Source: Camelus ferus
Taxonomy: Eukaryota
Assembly: GCF_009834535.1 (NCBI RefSeq)
Contig: NC_045698.1
Span: 312,001 to 376,000, forward strand
Length of the DNA: 64,000 nucleotides
Reading direction: 5' to 3'
Below, piece after piece: positions 50,329-63,756 of the stretch; the first letter of the stretch is position 1; every line of letters starts with the position of its first letter. The translations under genes and the position numbers were made by a program. Under the pieces are notes generated by a model, which did no database searches, was not told where the DNA came from, and saw only the letters and a program-made list of their open reading frames with translations.

Positions 50329-51694
50329 CCCACGGGAAGGCCACAACCATGCAGCGTAATCCAGAAAGTTAAGATAATGCAAGTAATCAGTCCAAAAAGA
50401 GCTGCGACCTCCCTCGCTTGCTGGGAACCTCACGTCAAGCAGACAAAAGTGGAAAACCTCGCATCTGGTCCGTCATGCTGGCCTTGGCTATGCGTTTCAT
50501 TCGCGTGGTTGGTTTGTGAGAAACAGCCTGTGAATAAAGAGGCAAAGGCTTTGGTCTGTCTGTCCTTTTGTTGACAACGCGCGAGGGACGACAGATGTTT
50601 TCGTGCGGCTTTAAGTCGGGGGACGCGCACACAGGCTCTCACCCCCCAGCCGAACGGTCGCCCACAAGTTCCTCTGAAGGGGGGAGCGGGGACCCCCAGC
50701 AGCCATTCCCACACTCCCTCTTCTGTCTGCTGAGCACCTGCTCTGTGCCTCAGGCGACAGCCTCTCTGGGGGCTGGCCAAAGCCACCATAACTGAACACC
50801 TACCACTTCTTGTCTGATTGCTGGAAAAAGTAACGCTTCTCAAACAGGTCATGAGTCCAGCTCCTCTGGTCTGCCGTCAGGCTTTGAGGTCTCGGGCAAG
50901 CCTGGAGATTTTGAGGTCCTAAGGCCGCGCTTGCAGGGAAGGGGCCTCTGGACATTCCGGCAGTGGCACCATCCTGTCCCCACCGTCTCCAGGACCACCC
51001 CCCAACCCCCCAGCTGTGGGGTCACGGTCACACCCCCCGCCATCCCACCACCAGGATGTCAGGCCAGCGGTCTGAGGCAGGGTCGAGGTACCCGGGGCTG
51101 TGGGCTGAGCCGTGGGGGTGGTGAGGCAGCAGGGCCCGGGCTGGGGTTGGGGGCCACCACAGGCAGGGTCTCAGCCCTCCTGTGATGCACAGTATGGGGC
51201 CAGATACCCACAGGCCCAGCGCCTAGCAGGTCGGGGACTATGCCTGCGCTCCCGGCCCTTGGGAACGCTGGGGACCCTCCCCGACTCCACTGGCTGGAAG
51301 GCCCCACTCCCACCCCTCCATCCACTTTCGTCACTCTGACCCCCACCCATACTTGCAGCCTGGATACAGGGACCCTTGGCAGGACCCCCACTCTCTGGGC
51401 CCCGCCCCTTCCCCCAGGGTCCCAGTCCCCATCCTCTTCCTCCTGGGAGAGGCTTCTACCACAGACACAGCCCCTGGCACCTGGTGCCATCCCCCTGCTG
51501 GGACTCCTCCGGGATCCAGCCCCTTCCCTGAAAATGGCCCTGGAACCCTTGGCCCGCAGCCCACGCTGCTGGTGCTGAGACACAGTAAAGACCCCTCGGG
51601 TGGGGTGTGTGTGGGCCCTGTGTCCAGTGACCTGCCCTCCTGGCCCCCAGGCCCTGCCCCCAGGACACAGCTGGACCCTCCTAAGCCCCGTGGT

Positions 51695-52245
51695 GCATGG
51701 ACCCAGGAGAGTTCCGGACTGGCCCTGTGACCAACGACATCACCTGACAGATTCAGGGAAAGTGGGAGCCCATCACGGAGGCAGGAGGAGTGTTTGGGAG
51801 AACTGAAAATCCACTTGGGACGAGACAGACAACCAGGAAACGCTCAGCAAACAGAACAGAAGCCGATCTGGTGAACTAACCCGACACACGGAGTCTGCAC
51901 ACACTCGACAATTAGCGAGGAAGCGCCGGGAGGCTGCGCCGAGGCCAGGACGCGCCAAGGCTGCCTCCACGACTCTGCATGAGGGCCGGCGTGCGGGGGC
52001 AGAGGGATGGAGGGCGTGGGAGTCGGGGACGGGGCGGAACTCGGCAGGTGACTTCGCTGTCTCGGGTGACGCCCAAAGCCTCAGACAGATTATTGGAGTT
52101 ATTGCTACAGAACCAGTCCCAGGTCCGTACGCTGCAACACCCCCTCTAGAAAATGAAAGTTAACTTAAAAGTGCTGTTTACCCAGCGTCCAAAACACAGA
52201 ACACCGAGGGGGAAGCATCTAACGGACGTGCAGGACACGCGGGGA
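51695..52245 (+). mobile_element. GC-shifted LINE-1 ORF2 (RT region) fragment
   Basis: Collinear with recalled L1 RT sequence (acgctcagcaaacagaacagaag; gcaggtgac at the ADD codons; agaaaatgaaag...catctaac). Confidence 0.6.
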
Positions 52246-53430
52246 GAATTCTCCAGTGAGGCGGCTCGGCCTGGACTTTTCTGGGTGGAAAAGCTTTGAC
52301 TTAGGGATTTAATTCTTCAGTGGATGTAAGACTACTCAGACTTTTAATTTCTTTTTGTGTCCATTTTGGTAAATTGAATTTTCAGGGGTTTCGCCCGTTC
52401 CATCAGACACGTCGTGCTCATCGCTGCAAAGTCCACAGCAGCGATTCGCGGTACTTCCTGTGTCTGGGAGGCTCTGCTTTCCGTCTTGCTTCGTGGTCAG
52501 TGCTGCTGGAGGTCGACTGACGTCAGCGATGTTTTCACAGAACCAGACTTCGGTCCTGCTGACTTTCCCGGCTGTCTTTCTGTCTTCTGGTTCATAGGCT
52601 TGTTGTCTCTCTCCTTCCTTCCTGGAATTTCTTGGACATTCTTTTTCTAGTTTCTTGAACTGGAAGCTTAAGTCGTTGACTTTCAGTCTTTCTTCTTTTT
52701 TATGTATGACTTTTCCAGTTAGGACTGTAGAATTCCCTCTGATGGCTACTTGCCTGCGTCCCAGTGATTTCAATGCGGTGCATTCTCCTCACTCAGCTCA
52801 AAATATTTTCTGATTTCTGTTGTAATTTCTTCTTTGACGTAAGTTACGCAGAACGGTGCTGCTTAGACGCACGATTTCCAAGCATCTGGAGCTCTTTCCT
52901 GGTCTCTTTCTGTCAGTGAGAGCTCATATCCCACCGTGACCAGAGAACACACGCTGTGTGAATTCAGTCCTTTTACATGAGTTTAAACTTGCTCTGTGGT
53001 TTAGAATCTGGGCTATTTTGGTAAATATTCTGTGTGTTCTTGACAAGAGTGTGTGTTCTGTAGGATGCTGGGCTCTGTCGCTTGTGCGCTGGGTCAGTCT
53101 GGTGGTCGTGCTCTTCCCGTCTGTGTTCTCACTGATTTCGGTAACCGAGAGTGAGTTAAAGTCTCCGCCCCGATGGTCCCTTGTCTGTCGCTTGGTTCCT
53201 TGGCTTGTGCTGTCTGGGATTTGAGCCATGTTTTGGGGCTGCTGTGGCTTCAGGTTGAACTGGCTCTTTATCACTGTGGAATGTCCTTCTTTATCTCTCA
53301 TAAACTTCTTACCTCAAGTCTCTGACACTCAGGTAGCCCCTCCAGCTTTCCGCAGGTTAATGTGTGGAAGGAGAAGCATTGTCCGTCCTTCAGTTTTCCA
53401 TCTGTGTCTTTACATTTAAGGTGCATTTTT
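52246..53430 (-). mobile_element. LINE-1 ORF2 endonuclease/linker fragment
   Basis: Minus-strand ORFs give L1 ORF2-like peptides RDKEGHSTVIK, RTHRIFTKIAQILNHRASLNSCKRTE and KKEERLKVNDLSFQFKKLEKE. Confidence 0.85.
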
Positions 53431-56400
53431 TGTTTTCTCGTCAAGTCTGACAAGGTTTATGTCTCTGCAAATGGAGACCCAGAGCCGTCAAGATCTGGGC
53501 ATGGCCGTTTCTGGGAGCAGCCGCCATCCGACATTCCTGTCACCTACAAGGCCCAGCTGGGGACGCGCTCCCCTCGGTTCTGCCGCTTGCTTGGACGCAG
53601 CTGAGATGCCTCCGTGAGCTCAGGCATTTCCTCTGCCTTTTGGGCTCCGTTCTTCTTCCCAGGAGCTCACATTCAGTTCCCTTCAGCAGAGATGTGCGTG
53701 GACCACGAGGCCCTGAATGTAGCACGGGTGCCCCAGCTGCCCAGCCCACACATGGGAAGCGGCCCCTCATCCACAAACATCAGAGAACAGCTCTCAGGAG
53801 CCCTGATCAGGGCGGAAGCCATCTGAGGGGCAGCGGCCACAAGGACCCCCGCACCTACCCTGGTCCAACCTTGTTCGTCTCTGCCCTGCTGTGTTCCACT
53901 GTCATTGTTCACGCAAAATTCAGCTGTCATGGAGTCCCTGAGGCGTTTCACAGGTGAGTGACCATGCAGACCTCCTCCTCCCTTCCTCCCAGGCCCAGGA
54001 CCCCGCGGACTCTGGGGTGTGTCCCTGCCAGACAGCAGGCTTACTGGGCTGAGCCTTTGGATCTGCCTGTGTTCCAGGGACTCACTCACAGCCGCACTCC
54101 CGGTCCTGCTGGACCACCCTCCGGGAGGGCCCAAGCCCCCCCAAAGACAACGCAGCAGCCCTTTAGCCAGACCCCAGGCTGCATGCTGGCCGCAGACCCC
54201 TAGAGTGTGAGCTGGGTGCCCATCCTGCCCGCCACCTGGGAGTGCGGGGCATTGCACAGCTCCAATCCCCTGGGTGGGATGCTGACTCCTGGGCTGCGGG
54301 GCTGTGCCCACTGTTGAGTGAACGGGAGTTTGGGATGGGCATGGAGGGTGGTGCCTGCTCTCCGACTCTCTGCTCCTCCCCAGCCGGATCCTGCCAGTCT
54401 CCGCGGGAGGCAGCGCTGGGCGCGGGTCACCACTCTGCCTACCCACCAAGGCCTCTTCTCTCTGGTTCCGCAGATGTTTCCGCTAGGCGCACCCTCTCCC
54501 CATGGGGATGGCCAGGTGAGCCTCACACGTCTACTCTTCATGCTTCCACTGGAACCAGGAGGGCCTGGGAGCCCAGGTATTTCTGGTCAGAAGCCTGAGA
54601 TGGAAGGTGCCCCCCAGGCCCCCACCTGCCTCGAGCAAGATCTTGTTTATGTCGATGAGACTGAGTTTCCCCGAGTGGCCGGCCACCTGCTGCGGTGCTC
54701 GCCTGTGCGCGGCCCAGAGGCTTCGTCTGCAGCCAGTGCTGTGCACTGTGGTGGGTCCCTGCCCCTGAAACTGGCAATGGTCTGGGGCAGGCGGGCCAGC
54801 CGCCCTGCTCCTCCGACCTCCCGGGGGCAGTGTGTGCAGGAGCCCCCCCCAGGGCTGCTGGAGATGGGCCAGGTCCCCTTGGGCCCGAAAGCCGTGCTCT
54901 CCCAGCCCCGCCCGCAGCCCCACCTCACCAGGAGATCGATAGTATCAGGCCGGGCCCAGAGCAAACAGTCCCCAGGAAGGCCCGGTGACAACAGCCGGAC
55001 CAGGAGCGCGGGGCAGCAGGGCTTTGCGCAAGGGCTGGCGTGGGGTACGCGCAGACTCGGGAGGCTCGGCGGCCTTGGGCTCGTGCCGCCAGTGTGCGCT
55101 GAGACCGCCATCCGCCAGCGGTGCTGGGGGCCGCGGGTGCGCCTGGGATGAGCCCCGTTTACCAGGGTGGACCACCTCTGTTAACACCCCTGAGAGCAGT
55201 TCCTCTGAAAAGGATCCAGAGCGGTTTCTCCGGGGATAACCTCAGCTCTCTCGCTTGCGCGCCCTGAAAATTGGCTGCGAGCGTTTCTGTGCCTCTGTCC
55301 TTGTATCCTCACTCTCAGGTGCAAGCTGGTCTGGCTGGGAGGCTGAGGTTCACCGCGAATCGGAGGCCTTGACTGAGGCCTGGGTTCACGCCCCCCACGG
55401 GTGCTGAGGGGGGCCGTCGTGAGGGACTCGTCCCTGCAGTGGGGATCCCATCCCGGCCCACCTGGCCCACCTCCAGCATCCGCAGAACCTGGAGGAGTGG
55501 GGGCTGTGGTGCTGGGGTGCAGATGGCTCTGGGGGCAGAGCTGGACCCGCGGCTGCCTCTGTCACAGCTCAGGTGGGCTGGGTGCTACAGATGGTTCTGG
55601 GGCCTGTCAGTGTCCCCTTTGGGACTGTCCCCACTTAGGAAGCCTGCCGCAAATGCCACAGGCCCCTATTTGCAGGAGTTCACACTGGCCCGAGCCAGGG
55701 CCCCAAGGCTCTGGTGAGGACTCACAGGCAGAATCAATGATCAGAGTTTGAGTCTCGAAACCCACTGGTGGTGAGGATGCAGCCCCTCCTCCGCTGCCCC
55801 CTGAGCCTCAGAGCAGCGAGCACGGCTGCTGCTGGGACCCCAGGCCCTGCGCTCAGGGTAGCTCTGCCCCCGACCTCCCCAACAAAGGCTCTGACCACCT
55901 CGTGTGTTGCCTGAACCCAAAGGCAGGGGCATGGAGCCAGGCCCCCAGGACAGCGTGTGGGCCCCCAGCGGGACCAGCGCGCTCACCTGGTGATGGAAAG
56001 TTTTCACCTGGAGGAGTGTCTGCGGGCGTGTGTAGTGGGAAGGCACATTCCTCAGCGAGGAGGCCAGGTGAGCAGGGCTCTCATTTGCACAAATTAGCCT
56101 TTCAGATGGCAGCACTGCTCATGCAAGACCTGCTTGGCACAGAGCGGCTCCGGGGGGTGCTCGGCGTCCAGGCACAGCCAGGTCCTGCCTGCCCCCACAC
56201 AGCCTCTTTCCCCAAGGCCCCGGGCAAGAGCTGACCTGCCTTCCTCAGAAGGGCCACGGGGAAGACAGAGGCTCTGTCTGTGCAGGCCGCCAGGACGGGG
56301 CGGCCAGCGGGCTCAGCCCTCTCTGGCCTGATGTTTCCGCTGGTGCTTTCGTAAAAGAGACGTTGATCCCCTGCTCAGCGAGGACACTGGGACGCACTGT

Positions 56401-57489
56401 GCCTGCGCTGTCTGGAGTGACCCCGAATAATCCTGAACCCCCTGTTGAGGGGGCTCAGCATGGGGCACTCATCTGTGTCTGGGCAGGAGGCGGACCCCAG
56501 CCCACTGTCCCACCCAGGCAGTTCCACCGTAACTCCCGGGGGCCTCCCTGGGGCCCTGTAGAGCCTCCTGTGGTGGCCGTGCGGGGAGGCAGTGAAGGGG
56601 AGGCCATTGTGGGGGGCCCGAGGGAGGGAGGGAGGCTTTCCATCTGGATGCCGCACGGGACAAGTGTTTCACATGTCCCAGGGGATCTCTGGAGCCCAGT
56701 CCTGCTGACGTATGTGGCACACCTGCCAAGGGGGCCATCGTGTGCTGGTCCAGACTTGTCTGAGAAACAGCCCGAAAACAGAAATAAGAGCTCTGGAGGA
56801 GCTGTCCCCACTGGAGGAAGAGGACCCAAGGAAGGCCGCCTGGTTCCTGAAGACCCTGGTGTTCACTGTCGGCCACCAGCCAGGAGGGCGAAGAGGATGG
56901 CCGCTGGCCCCCAGGCAGAGGGCAGGGCGGTCCCTGCAGGTCCAAATGCATGTCTCCAGGCTCCCAGATGCCCCACAGGGACCCTGTCCTTCCACGTACC
57001 AGTCGGATCCCACGGGATGAGGAAGCCAAGGATGGGATCCAGCCAGGCCCCTCAGTGGCTCAGCACACCTGCCCACATCCTCAGTATGCGTCTCCCACAG
57101 GATCTCCTGAGTGAGGCCACTGGGTGGTGAGGGTGTGCAGATGGCCGGGGCCAGGGGGCCCAGCCGGGCACCACATGCAGGGATGCTCCCACCTGCCATT
57201 GCTCCCCTGGCCCAGCCTCTGGGGCCAAAGAAGTCCCGAGATCCTCTCTGCACCTGCACCATTGCCAGGGCCTCTCCAGGGATGCCCCTGCCCCAGCACC
57301 CCGGCCAGGGGACACCAGGACTGGGCCTCAGAGCCACACTTTGCCAGGACCAGCATTTGTCCCAGGGACGTCATCGCAGGCCCCTTGGACGCCCTCTGCA
57401 GGTCCCGGGCGTCTGGCCTGTCTGCTAGTGGCACTATGTCTGCCCAGCACCATGCCTGCCACGACACAGGCGCTTTCGGGGGAGGGGGA

Positions 57490-57540
57490 CGTGGCCTTTC
57501 TGTGACTCAGTTTCCCATCTGTAAAATGAGTGTGAAATAG
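57490..57540. mobile_element. MIR core fragment
   Basis: ctttctgtgactcagtttcccatctgtaaaatgag; similar weaker MIR remnants near 3290, 7590, 30375, 31380 and 59270. Confidence 0.7.
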
Positions 57541-60500
57541 AAGAAGGGAGAATGGGGGGCTGCACCTCCCTCTTTGGTGGGGAAACGGGCACAGAGGGAC
57601 AGCATTTTGCCCCAGGCTATGTGACTGAGGGCGCCCTGCCCCGTGCATCATGGGCCTGTCTGTGGGGACTCTGTGGGCAGAAGCCAGCACCACTGGGCTG
57701 AGACTCTCACTGGCCAAGGTCCTGTCGGGCAAGGGAGGGCACTGAGCCGTCACCCCGAGAAGCAGCCTGAGAAGGCCTCCCCCCTCCTCAGCTCCAGGCC
57801 GGGGTTGCGGGGTCGTGGCGTCGTGGGGCTCCTGGCCCCACCAGCTCCAGGCGGCTCAGACTAGAGCCCCGGGGCTGCCTCCAGAGTCCAGCTGTGCTCC
57901 CTCCGGCTTCCATTCCCCCTGCTGGAGAGGACGTGCTCCATCCTGGATGAGCCCTCAGCCTCATACTCACCCATCCTGAGACCTCACAGCGACCTTGCAG
58001 GACGGAACCTGCCCAGGGCCATGTGGCGAGGGCACCAGCTGGGACAGGCTGCCCTGGGCTGGCCCTGGCTGGGCCGAGGTCAATTGGGAGCTGTAAAGGA
58101 GACACAGCCATGCCAGACATAAACTGGCCTTCTTTCCAGAAATAGGAGTCTCCAGGTTTATTGAGCATAATTCTGAGGAAGAACTGGGAAAGTAGTCTGA
58201 GTCACCGTTTAGTGGCCTGAAGCGGGTGTGGAGGCACGTGCCACTCCCCCGGGCTCCGGCAGCCCCCGGCCAGGCCGCAACAGTGGCGACCACAGAGGCT
58301 GGGGAGACAGCGTCCAAGTTCAAGTTTTCCCAGTTCAGAGGTGCCTCAATGGGCTCCAGCCAAGCCCCGGATGGACACTGGCACCCAACCTCCGGACGCC
58401 CCCGTGGCTGGGCTGCCAGGAAACACCGGCCACAAGCCCAGATTTCAGGAATACGTTTTCAGTGTTAATCTCTCCTGTTCTTGCACTTCAGCCTGTGGAA
58501 ACAAGGGTGTTGTTCTTGGAGATGCGTGTGTCCCAGCAGGATAGCACATCAGGCCCCCTCCTACACTCACCTCCGCAGAGGCTCGCCTGGCCACTGTCAG
58601 CCAGAACCAGCCTCAGAAACAGAGGCGAGTGGACGCCTGCTTGCCGCTTCTCGCACGTGGAAATGTCATCCCAGTGACTGCGATCACATAATGTTGGCCC
58701 ATGGCTGGCCCCCTGCTTGCCTGCCCGCAGTCCTCGGTGTCTGCTGAGTTACCCTTTGGGTTGGGACCAAGGTCTCCTGTATTTAACCCAACTTTGCGTT
58801 TATGAAAACATACAGACAGAACACGCTCCAGGCTCACGTGTGTATGTCCACAATGTGGCCAGCCCAGCCTCACCATTCCCAGCCGCGCTGGCTGCCCCAC
58901 TGGCTCCAGCTGAGGACGTGGACTGGCTGGCATGCTCACCTGCAAATGAATGCACTCCTTGTTCTGTCTCGAACTTCCCTGTTTAAAGACCAGGAGTTGT
59001 ATACACAGGAACACAAGAACCCCTGAGTACACCCCTGGACCTCATTCAATACCCATGGGAATCCCGCACAGCCCAGCCCCACATGCCCATCCACACCTGC
59101 CTAACCCTGTTTGAAAGCAAAGAAGCTGAAGGCTTTGATCAATCACTACAAATCGTAGGGCCCAGAACCCCCAGCTGCCCTGGCTGCGGACATCCTCCCT
59201 GAGGGGCAGCGGTGTGGTGGGTGGGCCGGTGGGGGAATCCTGCCCTCAGGCTGGCTGGCTGTGTTGCCTTTGGGGAGTTACTTAACCTCTCTGTGTAGGA
59301 CTTCTTCATCTGTCAGATGAGGCAATGGCAACGGCACGCAGTCCGTGGACTCCACGTGGGGGTCCAGCGTCCAGGCCTAGTGATGAGGTGCAGGTAACTG
59401 CCCACCTGGTGCAGGAGAAGGGGGCTGTCTGCAGGTGCCCAAGGCCACTTGTGATGGTCCCAGAGACACCACAGCCCGGGCATGGGGTGGACACAGAGGC
59501 TGCCAGAGTGAACTACCCCTCTGAGCTGAGCTGGCCGGGGGCTGGTGGGTGGCTGTCTCACCGGAGGGAGAACGTGGTGCTCACAGTGGCTTGGCTGATG
59601 AATTTGCCCAGATGGCCCTGGTAATGGGTGTTCTGCCAGTGGGCCGCGTGCTGCTGCCCACGGCGTTGCTCCTTCCCTGGCACAGACCTGCTCAGCTCAG
59701 CCTAGAGCCCCCCCTCCGCTCAGTTCACGGCATCGTCACACCAGAGCCTGGAGTCCCCAGCGAGAGAAGCAAGGGGGCTGAGAGGGAGGGCCTGGTAGTG
59801 AGGCAGGTGGCGGGCTGGGGTGACCGGGAACCCTGATGAGTCCTTGACCAGCCGGCAGAGCCCGGCACCCAGCAGTTTTCAAGGCACATGCCAAGAACTT
59901 AGCTGGGACCCCGCTCAGCCTCATCCATCCTGCAGACAAGGTCACCTCTGGATGCCTCAGGCCTCCTGCACAGGTGTGCTGGGACGTGGGAATGGCTTCT
60001 TTGGGGAGAAGGCCTCTCTATTCCCGGTGGGCTGGCCAGGACGCAACTCAATTTTTTGCTGGAGGGCCTGGCAGCTTTTCCATTAATGCCCCAGGGCCCC
60101 AGGTCTGCCATGTCCGCATGTGCCGCAGCCACGGCGTGGGTGGCTGGGCGGCGTGTGCGCGCTCGGAGGCCTTCTCCAGGTTGTTCCCAGAGCCCGGCCG
60201 TGGAGCTTGTGGAGACGAGGCGGCCAGCACCAGAGTCCGTATCAGGTGGGCACAGCCCCCAGCGTGTCTCCCAAGCAGACACCATCCGCCTGCCCACAGG
60301 ACAGGAGACAAAGGCAGGGACAGGGTGGGAGACTGACTCACCAAGCACGTTTGTGTGGAAGGCTGTCCTGGAGACCAGGACCAGACGTTTGCAAGAAAGC
60401 TGTGTGAGTGCACGTGTGTCCTGACAGCCAGGACAGTGATCTGAATACACATGTTTGAGCAGCTCTCAGAATAGTCCACGGAGTATCCTCGGACAGAGTG

Positions 60501-63500
60501 TGTGCTCCCTTCCCTGACATGTCAGCTCGTCGGAGAGGAGCTGTGCCTGGAGCGTCGCCTGGGGGATGCCTGCCTGCTGAGACACAGGCGAGGCACAGGG
60601 AGGGGAGGGGATGGCGTGTCAGGAGGTGCCCTGACTCGCTCCCCAGAAGTGCCCCTCTGGGTCCCTGGGAGGCCGGTGCCCCACCCCCGGCCCTGCCCTG
60701 CCTGGGGAAGGATCATTTTGGGGACCAGCATGTGTGAGCACTTAGTCACCAGCCCCACGTCCCGCCGGCAGCTGGGCCCATAAACAGGCAGGACACGGGC
60801 ACTGGACTCGGGCCGGGCCGGGCCGGGAGGGGAGCCCAGTTTATGACGCACCACATTACTGCCTTAACCCCCGAAACGCGTGTGTTCTGCCCTGCCCTGC
60901 CCGCCACCTGAGCCAGCAGGAAAGGAACTGCCCAACCCCGGATGGTGACTTTTCAGCCACTGGCTCCCTGACCTTGCGTACAGGGCTGCTGTCCATGAGC
61001 CAAGGAGGGAGAGCACACGGACACGGGAATGCCTGGGCTCCCCTGGGTGGCCTAGGTGACCTGAGCAACCAGCCCCTGGTTAGCACTGCAGCCTGTGGCA
61101 GTGAGAACAGAAAACCTGGAACTTTCAGTGGAGACGGGCACTGAGGCATCACCCCAGAGCCTCCCAAGAGCGGTGCAAACATCTGTCAAGCACCAGGGGT
61201 CCCGGACGGTGCCGGGGATTCCCCGTGGTCTGCGCCCTCTCCTCAGGCCCCCTCCTGACCTTGGGGCTGCTCACAATGAGAGAAGGTTCTTATCAAGTGT
61301 TTTCCTTCCTTCTCATTACATCCTTATCAAACAATAGCGCTGGTGCTGGCGAGATACCCATGGAGGTGCAGAATTACATATTAACTCATGCTAACTAATG
61401 TTTATGGCAGAGGGTGCCTTGGACCACCGTCCATAACAGGACAGCAGCTCCAAGCAGAGGTGGCCGCCAGGCACTCCAGCCTCAGGCCGTAGGGCTGGGT
61501 CGGCTAGGGCAGCTGCGTGCCCACAGCAACCCCCGTCTGGCTGGCCCGGCCCGGCCCGGCCCTCTGCTCCCCCACATGGGGAGCTGCCCTGGACACCCTT
61601 GGCCCCCCTCTGAGCGCAGCAGGGGTGGCGGAGCAGGGCGTGCCCTCTCTGAGCCTGTCTGCGGGCTCACCCCAAAGGCTCATCTCCCCTGAGTGCAGCG
61701 GGAGAAGCAGCCCCAGCCCAGGCCTGGGCTCCGGGTCATGTCCCCGTGTCCCCGAGGCGCCCCTCCTGCGTGGTCCCCTCCCCTCCAGCCCTAGCAACCT
61801 GCTCTTCCCTCATGCGGGAGTCTCCAGAGATCAGCTTGACCTCTGCACCTTCCCTTTTCTCCTTGTCCTGCTGCCCCTGCCCCTGAATGGGCTCCTCCAG
61901 AGTCCCCTCCCCCCCTTCCCACCACCTGCTTGGAGCCAATTCAGATGGCGTTTCATCCACAGTGACAACAACAGCGTCCGTGCGCATGGGGCGCGGCGCG
62001 TGTGGGCCTCACCTCCAGCAACAGGCCCCGCGCTTGGAGCTTCTTTTGGGAGGAGTTTGCCTAGGGGGCCCTGTCCCCGCAGGGCTGCCTGACCTGTGCC
62101 CGGCCAAGCACCCGAGCTCAGGGAGCGCACCCGCTGGGCGGCAGACAATGTGCACAAGTTCCCGCTCAGGACTGTCTTGTGGCCCCCAGACCCCAGGCCA
62201 GGTGTGAAGGCGAGGGCGCCCAGCGGTGACCAGAACCCGGATGGCCTCCTGCGTCCCCAGGGGCCTGTGTGCGGTGGGGTCAGATGAGGAGACCGGCTCC
62301 AGCTGGGGGCCGTAAAGGGAGGGCCCGCTGAGGGTGGGTGTAGGGGGTGCAGTGGTCAGGGTGAGGTTGGAGGAGGCTCAGGCTGGGGCATCCCTGCCTG
62401 AGAATCAGCTGGTCAGTGAGACCCCAGGGTCTGGGCTGCCCTGGGTGGAGGGTGGTGCACAGGGTTCCTCAAACCGCCCCTGCGCCAGGCGCATGGCCAG
62501 ATCCAGTAGGACTCACTGCCTCTGGGCCCTCTGTCTTTCTGTCTGTCTGTCTAGCTGCTCTCAGCTCCCCGCTTCCACGGCCCTCACCCCTGTCCCTCTC
62601 TAGTGGAGCTACAAGAGAAGGTGGGGCCTGGGAGGGCCTCGGGGGTGGGGCAGGGGGGCCTGGCGCATTGGTGGTCCTCACTTGAGGCCCCAGTTCAGCT
62701 TCAGGCTGATTGAACTTGGGGTGAGTTGTAGGAGATCATGGTGCATTGGTGGAGTTGCAGCCATGCCTCATTTGGGGTTCAAGTGGAAGAGCAGGGTGCC
62801 AGGCCCCCCACAAGGGCCTGGGTCCCAGGTCCCAGAAGAGGACCAGGGCCAGCCCGGCTCCCCACTTCTGGGCTGCAGGACAGGCCACTGGCTGAGCTCT
62901 GCCCCATGCTTCTAGGATGAGATGGTTGTTAGTACAAGTGACACCCAGCAGCCCCCAGTCTGCCCACCTCTTTAGCCAGGCCGGGTGCACAGGCCAGGTT
63001 TCCAAGGCAGGTGCCATCTGGCTGTGGGCAGGCAAGGCCGACACCTTAAACCTGTGGCTTTCCCACCGTGACCACAGACACCTCTCTTGAAAAGCCCAGC
63101 TTGAGTTTCACCAAGCACGGTCTGGGCTCCAAGGTGCCCCTTCCCCCCGTCCCCCAGGACCCCTCCAGGATCCTGCTGGAGTTTGAGCAGCACCAGATTC
63201 ACCCAGGTCTTCTTCTCTGCGGAGGGTAATCTGCATTTCAACAAGGAAGCGAGACACCTTGGTGGATGCACAGCCCTAAGGTTGGAGCGTCCCCCAGGCC
63301 CTTGAAGCCACATTTAGTCCCTCCCTGAAGCTCCAGGACCCAGAGCAGGAGGAGGCAGCAGCTGCGCCCAAAAGCACGGCCGGCAGTGCTGCATGGAGAG
63401 GGCTCTCGTTCCCGACAGAGACCCCCTCGGATCATGACCCTGCCCGGCGGCCCCGGGCTCTGGCCCCAGTGACTTCTGCAGCAGCCACTCACCCAGCGAC

Positions 63501-63756
63501 CTTACTCAGGAAAGGGGCCTGGGGCAGGGGACAGTCTGACAGTCAGATTTGGCTTCAAAGCAAAATTTGTATTCATTCCCCAGGAAATCCCTGCCAATCA
63601 CTGACTTGCTCAAGGAAATGCTCAGATGGTTCAGTTTTTCCAGCCCACACTCTGAAGGAGAGTGGTCGTGTGCTGTGGCTGGGGAGGTGGTGGCCAAGCG
63701 GTGTTGGCTGGGCGTTACAGCAACCAGGTACAAGCTACATAAGGACTGGGACAAAA

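Noticed and set aside
53673..57337. Several 220-280 aa ORFs upstream of SLC9A3
   Set aside because: No homology I recognise, P/G/R-rich composition, mutually overlapping on opposite strands, and no coherent splice structure
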